A stretch of DNA of 64,000 bases from assembly GCA_964106915.2 (NCBI GenBank), contig OZ066916.1; one strand, written 5' to 3'. This document shows positions 41,001 through 56,000 of this stretch, one piece after another (position 1 is the stretch's first letter; the number at the start of each line of letters is the position of its first letter). The DNA comes from Podarcis gaigeae (Eukaryota). The notes under the pieces were generated by a model, which saw nothing but the letters and a program-made list of their open reading frames with translations, was not told where the DNA came from and ran no database searches. Both the position numbers and the translations under genes were made by a program.

Positions 41001-44000
41001 CCAGGAAGTCAGAGGTCTCCATGTGCAAGTGACAGTTCACAGAATGTAATTTCCGACCAGCCAATGCTGCAAATATCTGACAAATAGTAGTTTTGCCACA
41101 CCTGCATAACAAAAAGTTTGCAGTCAATTAAACTCCAGTGACTTGTCTGTTGCTCTACGCAAAAAATAAACAAAACTAATAATGAATATATTGAAGACTG
41201 GTTTACCCTGTGTCTCCAACCAGAAGTATAGGTTCACCAAACTCTAATGCTCGGCCTGCCAAAACGGCAAGCCTTGTCATCCCTTGAGTCCACACAATGT
41301 GACTGAATTCATCGCCCATTATAGATGTCCACCTAGATGCTTTAGCTGGTTCAAAGTGGTAATGGGGTTGGGGAAGGAAACAAACAAAACAAACAAAAAC
41401 AAATTAATTAGCTTTAGCCAAACATTAAATCTTCTTTTATTATTGTTATCGTTTTTCAAATTTACCCATTTGCTTCTTTACGCTTTCTTCTGAGAAGAGG
41501 CGCTGAGGATGCAGCTTTCTCTTAAAGTGTTTTTCAATGACTGTTTGGATAACGTCAACTTCTTCTTGTTTCCTGACCCTTCCTGCCAGAAGCATAAATC
41601 CTAGTAACAGAAAGACAACAGTTTATCAAGATGTTCACCGCTTTTGAAAAATGGTTGAAATGTGGCTACTGAACTGGACACAATGGCTGTGTAAGTTGAA
41701 AAGAAACGAGTGGAGACTCACCGTCATTTGCTAAATGCTGAAGCCAGTCATACTCCTTCTCCATCTGCTCTGCTAATCGGTACCTTTCAGCCCAGCGAAA
41801 GAGATCCCGGAGGGTAATGAAACCATGCTTGCCTGCAAACACTGAGGAACCTCTGCGATAAGACTAGATTTAAAAGGACATAAAAGTAAGCATTCATGAT
41901 CCAACACAATTTTCTGTACCCACAACTGCATTTTCCACTACTCTTGCAATGCCTACCCTCCTTACCACCAAACCTCCTAGTTGTCTTCTTAGCATTTATT
42001 TGTCCAAATTTCACCAATATTTCAGTAATGACCATCAGTCCCCTGAGCCAAACAAATTCTGGTAGGTTGCTACGTAACTCAACAATAACCCCCCCCCCAA
42101 AAAAAAACCCCCAGAGCCAATAAATGTGTGCGCCTTGAGTATAAGACACCAAACTACAACTTGGGCTCAAGTGACTTCTCTATTCTTTTCTCATTAAGAG
42201 AAAAAAGATTACTGTCCATACCTGCAACTCCAGCATGACTTTGACAAGTTTACTGCAGTACGAAGGTGGAAGGTGGCATCTTTTGTGCAGGATGGTTTCT
42301 AGCTCTGTACTTGGTAGCTCATCAAAATGCAGCTCCACAAATCTGTTCCTGAAAGCTCTGGACAATACCTTAAGACACACACACACAAACCACCTGTCAA
42401 GAGTTAATCTACTGAGAAATTCACACACACTGAAAACTTAAAACGAGTTTCCCACCCTCAGTCAGCTAGTATTTCATGGCCACTGAACATGTTCATACTC
42501 AAAGGGTTTGCCCTCTTAATTCCCCCCCCCCCCCGAAGATTTCTGTGCACGTCTGCAAACGGTGGGGTTCTCCCAACTCTGTTGACACCTCTCGCTTGTG
42601 TTTGGATGGTACCATTTTGGATTGGCAACTTGTAGACTGATTTCACTATTGGTTCTGGATATGCTACAAAGACTAGAGCGTTTGACTAGGAGTGGCGAAG
42701 ACTCAGGTTCAACTCACCACTTAGTTATAAAGCTCACTTGGTGATCCTAGGCCAGTCTTTCACTCAAACTATTACTCAGCCTAACCTACTGCACAGGACT
42801 AAGGTGAAGGAGAGAAATCACATATGCCACCATAAGGTCCTTGAAGAAATAGTGGAGTGTACGTGTGAATAGCATATCAAAAGAAAGCCAGCTTCATCTG
42901 AGGAAACTATGTATGTACCTTCCTGCCTCCATAGAGCCCTGGAGGATTCTGTGTAGCAAAGAGCATGAATCTTGGGTGAGCTTTGACTGTTTCTTGGGTT
43001 TCTGTTATGAACAGCTCTCTGTTGTCATCCAATAATCTGTTCAGGGCCTCCAAAACATCAGTGGGTGCCAGGTTGAGTTCATCCAGGATTATCCAGTAGC
43101 CCTTTCGCATAGCATCAATGAGGACACCTATGTAGCATTTACAGAAAAAAAGAAATAAATGAGTTGCCCACTTGAGGCAAGCCAGGCAAGCATCTGTTTG
43201 AGCAAGTAGGAGAGCTGGCTGGCAAGGAAACACCGAGTGATTTGAGGTAATAATCAGAATCCTACCTTCCTTAAATATCAGCTTCCCAGATGGATCTGAA
43301 GTATAACAGCCAATGTATTCTTGAATGTCAGTATGTTCATGATTGTTAATCCTAACACAATGGTTCCCAGTTGCAGCAGCCACCCAGCGTATTAAACTGG
43401 TTTTACCAATGGATGTGTCTCCTTGAATCAACACTGGATAGGTTCTTAAAGAATTAGAAAACAGCCAAGTTATATGTTGTGTTCTATGGTGTTGAATTAT
43501 TATTATTACTACTACTTCTACTGTTGTTGTTGTTGTTGTTGTAAGAAGCTACAGTAGTACCTACGTTTAAGAACAACCCTGTTTACGAACTATTTGGTTT
43601 ACGAACTCTGCAAAACTGGAAGGCCTCATTAGGGAAAGCGCGCCTTGGTTTAAGAATGGTTTCGGTTTAAGAATGGACTTCCGGAACGGATTAAGTTCGT
43701 AAACTGAGGTACCACTGTACCTGATTGGCTTCAAGGTCTTTTTACAACATATATTGATTAAGAGCACTTCCAGAAATGAGACTTGGGCTTCCTGTTGTGT
43801 TGTAAGATAAAAAAAGAAAAGTTCGCTGAAGTTCAGAATAAACAAGTCAAAGCTAGGGAAAACCGACAACAGTATTTGTGCTTCTTAATTGTCGTGTTAT
43901 ACGCCTCCTCCAGCAAATGTCTGAAACTCAAACTACATGTTTATTGTAGTCGTTCGCGCCCATGGAGCAGAGACACTTTTGTGTATTGTGCATACTTGTT

Positions 44001-47000
44001 AAGAGTCTTAAACACTTCAAAATTCTGTTTTCTTAAAAACAAAACAAACAACTGCTTACATTCCTTACATTGCTAATATATACTTGGAAATGTAGGCTGT
44101 CATCTTGTTTGCTGCCTGTTAGCAAGAATGCAAAAACAAGGTGGAACGTAAGCAGCCCCAACTCAGTGAATTTCAAGTCATGATTTCTAGGCCCATATAC
44201 GTCAAAATTTGGCCACATAAACAATTCACATCATGGGATCTCCAAAAGCGGGATTCCATAATTTCAAAAAGACTGAAGAACACGTATGGCATAGTTTATT
44301 CCAGAGTCATAACAATGCTTCAGAAATTATTCCAATTACAAGCAATCAAGAACAGAAACAGTTTTAAGACACCCCCCCAATGTTATTACTGATGTAGAAA
44401 ATATTTTCGTGCTTTTCTACAACAGTTTGAGACATTTGTCAATTGCTTATATATTTGCAATACTGTTTTCAGTTAATATTTGGCTTTTTGCAGTACCTGT
44501 AAAATAAGAACATTACTAAATGAAAAAATGCACTGTAGCACAATTCAAGGAAGTATGCTCTCATGAACAAATAGCAAGTGATTATTTTATTCTCACCAAT
44601 CAAAATTAAACTATTTCCAAAGGAAAGAAAAAGGTACAGCTGAAGTCCAACATACCCAGCAGATACAACTCTGACGATGTCTCTGAGGTTAAGTTTAACT
44701 GAAGCTGTGAGCACATAAGTCTCATCCACAGTTGGTTCCATGTCACCAATCGAAATCCAGTATCCCTCTACCTTAATCATTCTCCCTCCTTTAGGCTCTG
44801 GTAACGACTAGAACGACATTACAGAAACAAAACCAGCTTGTTATGAACTGCTATCTCCGCATAATAATTCTGTTTTTTGTTTAGCTAAGCAACACATTCT
44901 TAGAACACCAGAATACATGTGGTATTTCCTTCATATGTGAGATACAGAAGATTATCATGCTCTGGTTATGGTATAATACACCAAGCAAGCACAGAGTCTA
45001 CACCTGGGAGGAGGAATATATTAAAACAATGCGTTAGACTCCCTCTGAGAACAGAAGGACTCCTTCCATTCATGGAAGGTTTCTGATCCAGCAGGCAGCA
45101 TCTCACTGGCAGAAGTGGATGAAAGGTTTTTTTATTATTATTTCCCCTCCATCTTGCACCCCCCCAAATCACCTGTCACACTATTATAGAAATGGCCCCA
45201 ACAAACTGAACAATATTTCCAAATGCAGAAGGAAGGGGAACTGGAAAAAGTCACCTTCTCACCTTTCCATCAGCAGAAATGAACTCTAGATCTAAGCCAA
45301 TGTATTTACATGGATTCAGCATTCCTGTACAGTAAGTGGAATTTCATTATAGGATGCTCCTATGGGGATTGGGTGGGGTGGGGTGGGGAGGGAGCATTTT
45401 GTCAATTTCCACTTTCTCCTGCAGACCCGTCGAGATGGTTCGGGGGCTTTCGAAAACAGTGTGAAAGGTACTGCTAGGGTGCGCGCAGATGAGATCAGTA
45501 ACAATTGTCTTTCACCTTCCTCCAAGTGGGAGGCTTTGATCGATGTCAGTCAGCAAACATTCCAGGTGAAAATGGGAAACCCTTGATTTAATCCAGGGTG
45601 GATAAAATTAAACTCAGAATTCAAATTGAGTTTTGTTCTGTTTTATGTATTTTATGTCATACCCCAAACAAATTCTGAGGAGGAGGGGAGAACTCAATCT
45701 GAGAACAATTCCATTCAGACACACACACACACACAAATAGTAAGAAATTACTTGCCTGCTTGAGGATGCTTTTCACGTTTCCAGACAGAATATGCTGACA
45801 TATTAGCCTTTGAACAACAGGGTAAGAACTTCTGTCAAGCTGGGTGAGAAAACCCAAGCAAAAGCCCTATTGAGAAGAAAACAGATTTGGGGTTTTTTAA
45901 AGTAGCTAGTTTCAAATAGATTTTAATTGCTAACGCCAGAGAATTTCTCTCTCTCTTTGTCTAAAGACAAAAGGGAAGAGAGAAGGAAGTTTGGAACAGA
46001 GAACAAAGATAGTCACCTCATAAAGAGAGCGCTGTATGCTGCAGCATGGGTTGGATGATGCAAATCTCAAAGCTCTGCAGAGAGTACGAAGGCTGTAATG
46101 AGGTCTGTGGCCTGTCCCATCTACCAGTTTTGTTTCACACTCCTTTCTCACAGACAAATAAAAGCTGCAGAAGCGAAGGGTTATATATATGAAGCATATT
46201 TTTCATGTATTACACTCATTTTTCTACCATATTAACAGGAGTTACGTAATTTATCTAGGGGCTTGATACCTCAATGTGCTGCGGAGTTCCTTTTCCTGAA
46301 TAAATATTGTCTCCTTCAGGATTGAATAAGGGTGCAAAAGAGATTTCACTCCATATTGTTGCTAACCAACCCAGGTAAGGCTCAGTCTATATATCACATA
46401 TCAGTCTTCCAGAACATCTGGTGAAAGACTACAACTCCCATGAATCCCAATCAGCTTGGCCAACAGATATGATGGGAGGTGCAGTGTAAAAACAACCTGG
46501 AATGCACTAGGTTAGAGGAAACTGCCATAAAAAATAAGCTCAATTCTAAATGTCTGTGCTAAGCCAAAATGCTCTCTTGCCTAGAAGTGGAGCACAGCTA
46601 CGAAAGAGCAAGGGACCATCTGTATGGGTGTAATGCTTGGATTCTCCTCCTTTAGGCTTCATGTTGTATATATGCGTAAATAAACCATATATCATAAAAA
46701 CACCACAGGCTCCACTGTGCCCCATTTTTCCAAAAGGAAACACAGATCCTGCATTTATCATGTATGGGACCCCTGGAATCTCACACCACTCAAAGAAATT
46801 GGACTCGTGTGTTGCAGTATATATAGAGTGAGGCCCTCTATGAGATAGTCCCTAAATATTCAGATGTATCTATTTAACAAAACTCATAAAGAAAACTGTA
46901 AGCATTTTATAAAATATAACATTAAAATTACTGATAATTTTATTTAGGTAGTTAAGATATCCAAAATATTGAAAACAGTGGTTAAAGATAAATGCTTTCC

Positions 47001-50000
47001 CCTTCATATTAATCTCACCCAAGCCATAGAAAAATAAAGTGGTGCAATACATTATCCAATAATAAATAGTTTTCAGAAAAAAATTAAAGTCTTCAAACAT
47101 GAAAATTCCTCAGAAATTTCAGGAGTTAAGAGTTACAATGAACTTTTGAACCACTGTCAGAGAGAAGAGGGCATCCATGTTACACTAATGTAGAATAAAA
47201 TTGAAATACTCAAGGCTTCTGATTAAAATTTATTCAAATATTGGGGCTTAGAAAAGCAGGGGAAAACTCATATATCTTGACTGACAGTGATATTGGCTAA
47301 GACAATGACACTGAGGGAGTGCAGCTCACACTCATTTAGTAAAAACATGGAAAGCAAGTGGGATGCACATCTGGAATCTGGTGCATAATTTAAATAAATT
47401 ATTTGACGTTCTGAATTGCAATGAGCTCAAAGAAATGGTAACTCATAGAGGAAGTTCAAAAGGCAGAAAAGCACAATCTCAACTCTTAATTCCCATCACC
47501 GTCAGCCTGTGTATCCAAAGGTCAGGGATGATAGGAGATGTAGTGCAGCAACTTCTGAGGACCACAGGTTAACTACCCCAGTTTCAGAAATACCACACTA
47601 CAAGTCAGTGCTTTTCCCTCCCTTATAAAATGTTTAGGAGTACTCTCATTTTCCTACTCATATTGAAATATTGCACCTTAATGAGGCCAAACCTAGATTC
47701 ACAAAATGTTTAGGGGTATGCGTACCCCTGCATCCCCCCCCCCCAGAAAAAAGCACTGCTACAAGTTAAATACAACAAAACTTTCCCAAAGACTCTCTTA
47801 TCAAATCTTACAATTTATACAGTACTTCCCGTTCATCAAAAACTTACTTTACGATTCCTTGCACTACGCTCTTGCTCACATTCAGCCCTTTGAGATAATC
47901 CATGATAAGAATCTGCAAGTCTCCTTCATTTTGTAACTCTTCTACATAAAGTTCAGTGAACCTACAAGACGACATTACATTGTAAAAAACCTGTCTGCTT
48001 ATAGATACCAAAGTCTGATATTTGATCACAGACCCTAGCCTGTCGACATCACAACCAATTACAAATGTACTGAATTAAAGACTAGTAATAGAGTACCAAT
48101 AGAGTACAACTGGACCTAATGGTCAGGGGTCCTTTTACATTTAATAGAGTACCATTCGGTGAAAGCTTGCAGATTACTTAGAAATCACATAATTCAGCAT
48201 GCAGAAAGTCCCAGGTTCAACCCCCAAGAGCTGTAATTAAAAAGGAGTCAGGTAGCAAGCCTAGGAAAACATCTGCCTTTGGTCTTGGAGCACTGCCCCT
48301 GCCATCCCCAAACCTTTCTAGAAGGTTGGGGAAACCCCAGAACAGATTAGGGGGCACACAGAGGAAGGGGGGGGGGAGATGTCCTGCCATGCAAGCAAAA
48401 GTCATTCTTCTCACACAAAGGACCACTTAGCGCCACACTGAATACAACCCCAAAAGTTAAAACATACCATTAAAAATAACATGCAAAAATGTTTAAATTG
48501 CACTTCTATTGGCTTATCTGAGCATTAGTTGTTTCTGGAAAAACATAGACCTTTTATCATAGGTAAATTTTGGAATCCTTTCATCTGCTATACACTCAAA
48601 CCTAGGATACTGGGTTTACTATGATATTGCTGCTGAATTATTTTGAGCTCTGCAGGGGCAGTGAAAACACCATACATTTGTCACTGATGTCACAATGTCC
48701 GTAAGTCAAAACCTGTTGAGCAATTCAGTGGGGAAATGAAAGTGCAATTGTGGAATTTAGTGCTTAATGAACACTTGACAAGCTACCATCAGCTCTTGCT
48801 TGCCTAGCTAATTTGGACTGCATGGGCTATGAAAGATCAAAGTGAGCATAAAATCCACTCATATACCCAACCAGCCTTTTATCCAGCTGTTTTTGTAGCT
48901 AACATGTAATGCTGACAATCAGAAGATGGCCAACAGAGCAATGTAGATCATTTTCCTTTTATCTTTCCCATGAGACCACTATATAATTCTAGTATCCAAC
49001 TCTGAACCTGATGACATAAAGGACACTTGAAGACAACTGCAACTCTCAAAGAGAGTGTGCAATGTCTATTATTCCTGAGATTGGCAGCAAAAGGTATTTT
49101 GCAACATAGCAGCTCACCCGCATGCTTCAGCTATAGCAGGGATGAGGATGGGGAGTTAAGAGTCTTAATACAAACTGGCTGGCCACAGGTCCCTCATATC
49201 CCTAAGCTATTGCATGCCAATCAGAGATGTATGCAACACAGACCAAAAGAAGTACAACATTCTAGGCTACTGCAAACACCTCAAGAGCTACAAGTTGTTC
49301 TCAGCTTTAAAATGGTTTTGTAAAAATGTACGTTCTGTATCTACCTGTTCCGTATTCCTGGAGGGAGGTTTCTTTTGCCAACATCAGTAGCTGGGTTCAT
49401 GCAGGCAAACAAACGAAAATTTGAATGACGTACCAGGGGCTCTACAAGGAAAAAAATGCACAACCAACAAATTACAGCGCTGTTTGGCCCCATAAAAACA
49501 AATGAAGCATACAAACAAGAAAGCATGAAACAGCCATTTGAGGAAAATTAAAAACAGAAGTTCAAGAAGCAAACAGACAAACTCATACACAGCCAATTGG
49601 TTGTCCTAGCTGGTGAAAACCTACTCTCAAACTTCAGAGAAAGCTATCCTTAAAAGCAAAGATGAAAACTGCATCTTCTATCTTAGCAAACAAAAGGGTC
49701 TTTTTTCATAGTCCTCTGGAACTTGCTGTTCTTCAAGCTAAGGGACAGCATGGACAAGGAATTGCAATTTTCTTCTTCAGGAGAAAACTCCCACATCTCT
49801 TAAGTTATCAGGAATCAAAAGAGTGAAAAGATAGTATTACAGTGGTACCTCGGGTTAAGTACTTAATTCGTTCCAGAGGTCTGTACTTAACCTGAAACTG
49901 TTCTTAACCTGAAGCACCACTTAAGCTAATGGGGCCTCCTGCCGCTGCCGTGCCACCGGATTACGATTTCTGTTCTCACCCTGAAGCAAAGTTCTTAACA

Positions 50001-53000
50001 TGAGGTACTATTTCTGGGTTAGTGGAGTCTGTAACCTGAAGCGTATGTAACCTGAAGCGTATGTAACCCGAGGTACCACTGTATTCAGATGTGAGTTTTT
50101 CAGCTATCAGTTTACAGGGCTTCCTAAAGTGGTCAACATTGACCCACGGGGTTTATGTGACTGTGCAGAGGGTGACATGGGTGTGAAAAAGTTTACAAGA
50201 TATAGTGCAGAGAAATTAATTAGGCTATATGAGAATCAGAAATAAAGGGCTTGGATATTTAGAGATCAGCATCTCCTTTATGAATAATATAATCTTTTTT
50301 TTTTTGCAATTCCTCGTAATGGTGATTATATTGTGGATTATATACTCAAATTTATTGAGTTTATTTCATTTACATTACTAATAATTTGCTTCTCGGTCTG
50401 TCACATCTTTATATGCTCATCTATGGGTCAATGAACTTAGATGACTTGAAACCATTAATTTCAAACTCTCATTTTAAAAAAAAAAGGAACTGAAAAAATA
50501 CACCACTGCAGAACAGGAAAACTTACTGCAACAAAAAACAAAAACAATACCTGTGTCTCCTCTATCCAGCAGTATCAGTGAACCAGATAATCCTTCAAGT
50601 AAACCACTCAGACACTCTAAAGTTTCTGCTGCTGCCAAATTGATCTCATCTAGTAGAATCCATTCTCCTTTTTTCACTGCTTGTGCCAAGGTGCCCTTAA
50701 AAAAAAGACAAAAAGACTCAAAATTACCATTTCATAGGCATCTGGTGCTGCCCTCTATTTGGATTATGTTTTGAAAACTGCATTTATAATTAGAGGAATT
50801 AGATAATTCCACAGTGGTATAAGCAGAATTCCATCTTTTACATTGTTTTTAAGCAAGTTGGTGGGGTGGTAACTCCTCATTTAATTAACTGTTTGCCCTA
50901 TAACAGTTAAATATCTGCAAACCCCTGTAAGGTGTTTCTAGTTGTACCTATTTTTTTTACCTGGCACCAAACCCTTTGCAGCATTAACTTTTTTCCTCAA
51001 TGGGGACTCATTCTTCCTGGCTTGCAGATGAAATCTATTTCACCTTCATTTTCAGCCAAGACTAAGGGGAGTAAAGGTGCTCATCACACAAGGACATTAA
51101 GTGAAACCTGGCTAGCCTGAAATCAAATGACCGCCTCCACATGCAAAAAAAGAAAGAAAAAGAAACTGTGTGTATGTATGATCCACATCACACATTTGAA
51201 TGCACACTGCTTCTTCCAAAAAATCCTGGGAACTGCAATTTACCCTCACAGATCTATAATTCCCAGCTCCTTTAACAAACTGCAGCTGGAACTTTATTTT
51301 AATAAAGTAACTTTAATATGTATCTTATGGACAAATATGCTCTTATGCACAAAAGGACTACCTCTACAAATGCAAAAACTAGCGCATTTTCTGTCATCTT
51401 CATCTGTTGTTTGGCATGATCTAAGCGGATACCAAGTTCTTCCCACTTTTCCTTCAATGGTGAGCCTAACCAAAAAAAAAAAAAAGGCAAGCTATAGTAA
51501 ACGTAGGATAAGATAAAAACATTCAAGTTCATGAAACCACGTAATAGAATTTGTCATAGTGCAAAACAACTCTGAATATAACATAAGCCGCTCTGAAGAG
51601 AATAGTCCAGTTATTCCAACAATCACCTTCAGACCAGTGATTTTATGCAATTTAAATCCTACTAGCAGAACAGGGACATTAAAATGAACGAACTGAATGA
51701 GTTGGAATTCATTGGACTGAGTAATGTTTGAGGTCAAGTAATGCTCCAGTCATTTGTAATGCATATGCAATCACCTCCTCTGTTTAAACAAAGGAATGCT
51801 TACAAATCTGTTATTTCTATTGAATAAAGGATTCAGCCTTAGAAGGCGTTACTTAAACTGTATCTCTTTCCACTTCAGAGCAGTATTTTGTTTTTATCTT
51901 TATTTATTTATTAAATTTCTGTACTGCCTGTCAACTGAGGACCACAGGATAGTTTACAATATGAAAACACAAAAATACAAAACATAGTAACAAACAAAAC
52001 AATAACCTTCCCCCCTTTCACCTTCCCCTTTAAAATGCAGTCAAGCTTATATTATTATTATTATTATTATTATTATTAGGCTGGGATAAAGTTTGTACAA
52101 CTTTAACAAGACCTTCACCTCTTCAGTCAAAGATGATGTGTGAGAATGTTAAATTCTTTCTGTCCTTTTATCTGACTGTTCATTAAATAGTTCAGGAAGG
52201 CTTAACTGTGACTCCCAAGCCTCCCACCCAAGTCACTGATCAGATCCATACCCACTAAGCTTCAGGAATGATATTGGATCATGTATCAGAAAATGCTATT
52301 TTCTACTGCAAAAAAATTGCTTTTTTCCCTCCACTGCTGATCTCTCCATATTTGAATTCTAGGGAAAAATCACACCTAGTACAGTGGTACCTCTGGTTAT
52401 GAACTTAATTTGTTCCAGAGATCCGTTCTTAACCTGAAACCGTTCTTAACCTGAGGTACCACTTTAGCTGATGGGGCTCCCGCCGCCACACGATTTCTGT
52501 TCTCATCCTGAGGTAAAGTTCTCAACCCGAGGTACTACTTGTGGGTTAGCGGAGTCTGTAACCTGAAGTGTTTGTAACCCGAGGTACACTGTATCTCCCT
52601 TGCCAAATGCACACTGAAGCACAGTCCACCCAACTTTAAGAATGCAAGTTCCGCTTAAATCTCTCGTTTTATTTATTTGATTTCTACCCTGCCCGTCCTC
52701 AAAGAGAAACCCATTTTAAGAACTTGGAAGTCTTACCATTTTCTTTAGCTTCCTTATTAATGGCAGATTTGTGTACATGCTGCATCAGCTTGAGAAGATC
52801 ATGCCAGCGTTTCTGTCTGTAACATGTCTGGATGTGCCCCAAGAAAGTCTGGTTTTGTTTCCTGGAAAACGTCTGTGCAAAAAGCTCCTCAAAAGACTCT
52901 CGCAAGGGCAACCAAATCAGTTTGTTATCCACCGGCTTATAGCTGTAAATTGGGCAAACAGTAATGTGTTAACTGAAAACTCCGGCAGCGACATGTGGCA

Positions 53001-56000
53001 AAATCAGGCTCAGTACGATCGGACAAGATGAAAATCAAACCAGCCTCAGCGGATCTGATAACAGATAAAAGGTGAATCTGGTGGCCCCTGCACACCATTA
53101 CTAAACAGATGACTTGAACATGTTGAAAATTAGAGACCGGCTGAAACATATAAGAGAACTTACCCTTTTTTTTCCAGGTACACAAAATGTCAAAAATTTC
53201 ATCCCACAGCTACATAGCACCGCTCATTCCAACATCTCTCCCTGCCCCAAGACTGAACATTCCCTTTTCCTTGTTCTACTTCCTTGTACTTGTCATTACC
53301 CCATCCATGGAATCCCACACCCCATTTCATGTTGCTCTATGTACTTTTCTTTTTGCCATATGGTTCTCTATTTTTGAATGCAGTAACTCTTATGAATGGG
53401 GTCCATGCACACTTCTACTAAATACAAGATCTGAAGTCATGAGTGAAAAAAATGATTTGTTGATGCAGTTGCCAACAGCAATTTGCAGAATTATTAGACA
53501 CTCACCCCCCTAGGAGATCTGCAGTATCACTCTGCTGATTCATGTTGATAACCCTCAAACGGTGCCCTTGAAGAAATAAAACACAGAAAAGACACTGAAG
53601 CACTTCTCAAACCTTTTCTAGAATCCTGGTCAAAGTCCCCACATTATACTACATTTTACCTGTAATGTGGGCCAGGTATTGAACAGTAGATGTTTTGCCT
53701 GTCCCTGTTTCACCCACCAACAACACAGGCTCTCCTTTGTCGACACACACAGCCAGCTGCTCAATTAATACGGATGATGGACGTGTGGGAGCAAAGGTCT
53801 GCTTTTTTCTGCCAATACATGAAAGGGTAAAATCTTCTGTTAGCAATACTCTAATGCTATGTGCTAAGCATCTCCAAGTGCATTTGATTCACTAATTCTA
53901 CAAATATAATCTCTCTCTATTACCAGGTTTCAAAAAAACACCTCAATGAGACATTAAAAATGCTGGCACGGAATTTTAAAGTTACAAGCACATTTAAAAA
54001 GTGCACTATTGTACATCAACTTGTAAGCCATCTGGTTGAAGGGTGGCTTAGTAATTTTAAAATATAAACAAACAAACAAACAAATCAATACCTTTGCACA
54101 AGAAGCGCATGAATTTGCTTCCGTAAGAGCTGGACTCTTCCCACAGAGACCTCTTGCTCCCTTATTGCAATTTCTGGTTTGTAAAGTTGACAGTAGTATT
54201 CAGTCTAGAGTAAATAAATAAAGAGCATACATACTGAACTCAGCTTACTAAAAAGAAACACATGATGTAGTCCTTTGCCATATGCAGTTGTGCAATACAG
54301 TGGTACCTCGGATTAAGTACTTAATTCGTTCCGGAGGTCTGTTCTTAACCTGAAACTGTTCTTATCCTGAAGCACCACTTTAGCTAATGGGGCCTCCTGC
54401 TGCTGCCACGCCGCCTGAGTACGATTTCTGTTCTCATCCTGAAACAAAGTTCTTAACCCGAGGTACTATTTCTGGGTTAGCGGAGTCTGTAACCTGAAGT
54501 GTATGTAACCTGAGGTACCACTGTACAACTGAAAGTTAAGACACAAGTCCAGTTTGCACATCACAGTAAGGCATAGTAAATAGTTTATTGTGAATGTGCC
54601 TTTCTGGGTTGTATGTCCCCCCCCCCCTCATGATAGCAGGGAGCAGACAGACCACTGTCCCTGCTTAGCATTATGTCCAAACCAGAGGCCATGATTTGCT
54701 TTGCTTCAAACCATGATCAGCAAATCAAGAACAACCTTAGCTACAGTAATTTGCCGGGAACAAAACAAACTATGGTCCTTCATTTGAATGTAACACTTGC
54801 TTCCTCCAAGTGTGAGTGGACAGGATTCAAATGACCAAGATCACCATGGTTACAGTGAACTATAAACTATGGTGATGTGAGAACAAGGCCTTTGGGCTGT
54901 ATTCAGTTGTTACATGAACAGAAGTCAGCTCATGCAACCAAACTTTCTCTTTCACTCCTCCTGCTGCTGCTGCTGCTCCCCCCTGCAGCCACTTTTCCCC
55001 TCCAAAGGGTTGGGTGCCTCCTAGTGAAGCCTATGGTTGCAGCAGGAGGGAAGCTGCTGCTTCAAATCAGGCAATGGAATCTTGCACCAGTGGCGATGTG
55101 CAGGTGCATGATCCCTACATCCAATTTCAGCCATGTTACACGTGGCTCTCTTCTTTCAGAAGAAAAACAAGAGTGGACATTATCCAGTTAGTTCATTTAA
55201 TTATTTCTTGGCAGTGAAGGAGACATGAAACTATTTTTTTCCTCCTTGACAAAAGGGGTATTTATTACACAATGCAGTATGTGTGCGAACTCTTCCTTAT
55301 GTCTACCTTATGCTTGGAAATGTTCAGTTGGCTTCCAATGATCTCTGCCATCTTCAGTCTACTTCCTTGCTTGGACAGCATAGCTGTGAAACAATCCAAC
55401 GCCTGTCAAAGTAGAGTGGCAGGAGGGAGAGACAGAGAGACAGACAGAGAGAGAGAATTCAAGCTAATTTAATATTTAATCAGAGGTTCTACTTTTCTTC
55501 CATACTTGAGTTCACTGTAGTCAAAATATACAACTGAGCTTCATGCAATGTATCGCTAGTATGTCTCCACGAGGAAAACAAGAGGACGAGCCAATTCAGA
55601 CATTTCAGCTCTCTTCATAATGGAATTCCTGGTGTAACACCTGTGGGACCTGGCATGTCCCCAACGACAGCTGCCTCTTCCTAGTGTGATTTATGCAACC
55701 ATTCCTGTGAATCCCCCATTGTGAAGCAGCAGGTCTAGTTAGATTGACCCTCAAGGAAAATTTCCAACACCAGAACCAGCCCCCTGTTCATATTCCAAAC
55801 CTGGTTTTCACATTTTAAGGAATAGGTCAACATCACTCTAAAAAACAAGGAACAGTTTGACACGTACCTCATGAAAAATATTCAGTGCAGTAGAGGAAGA
55901 AGAACTATCAAAGTTGTAAGCGATCCTGTTGCACCAATTCAGCAAGTCCCTAACACAAGAAAATAAGTGATGTGAAGCAGCTCAACAGTAGTCCTTCATT

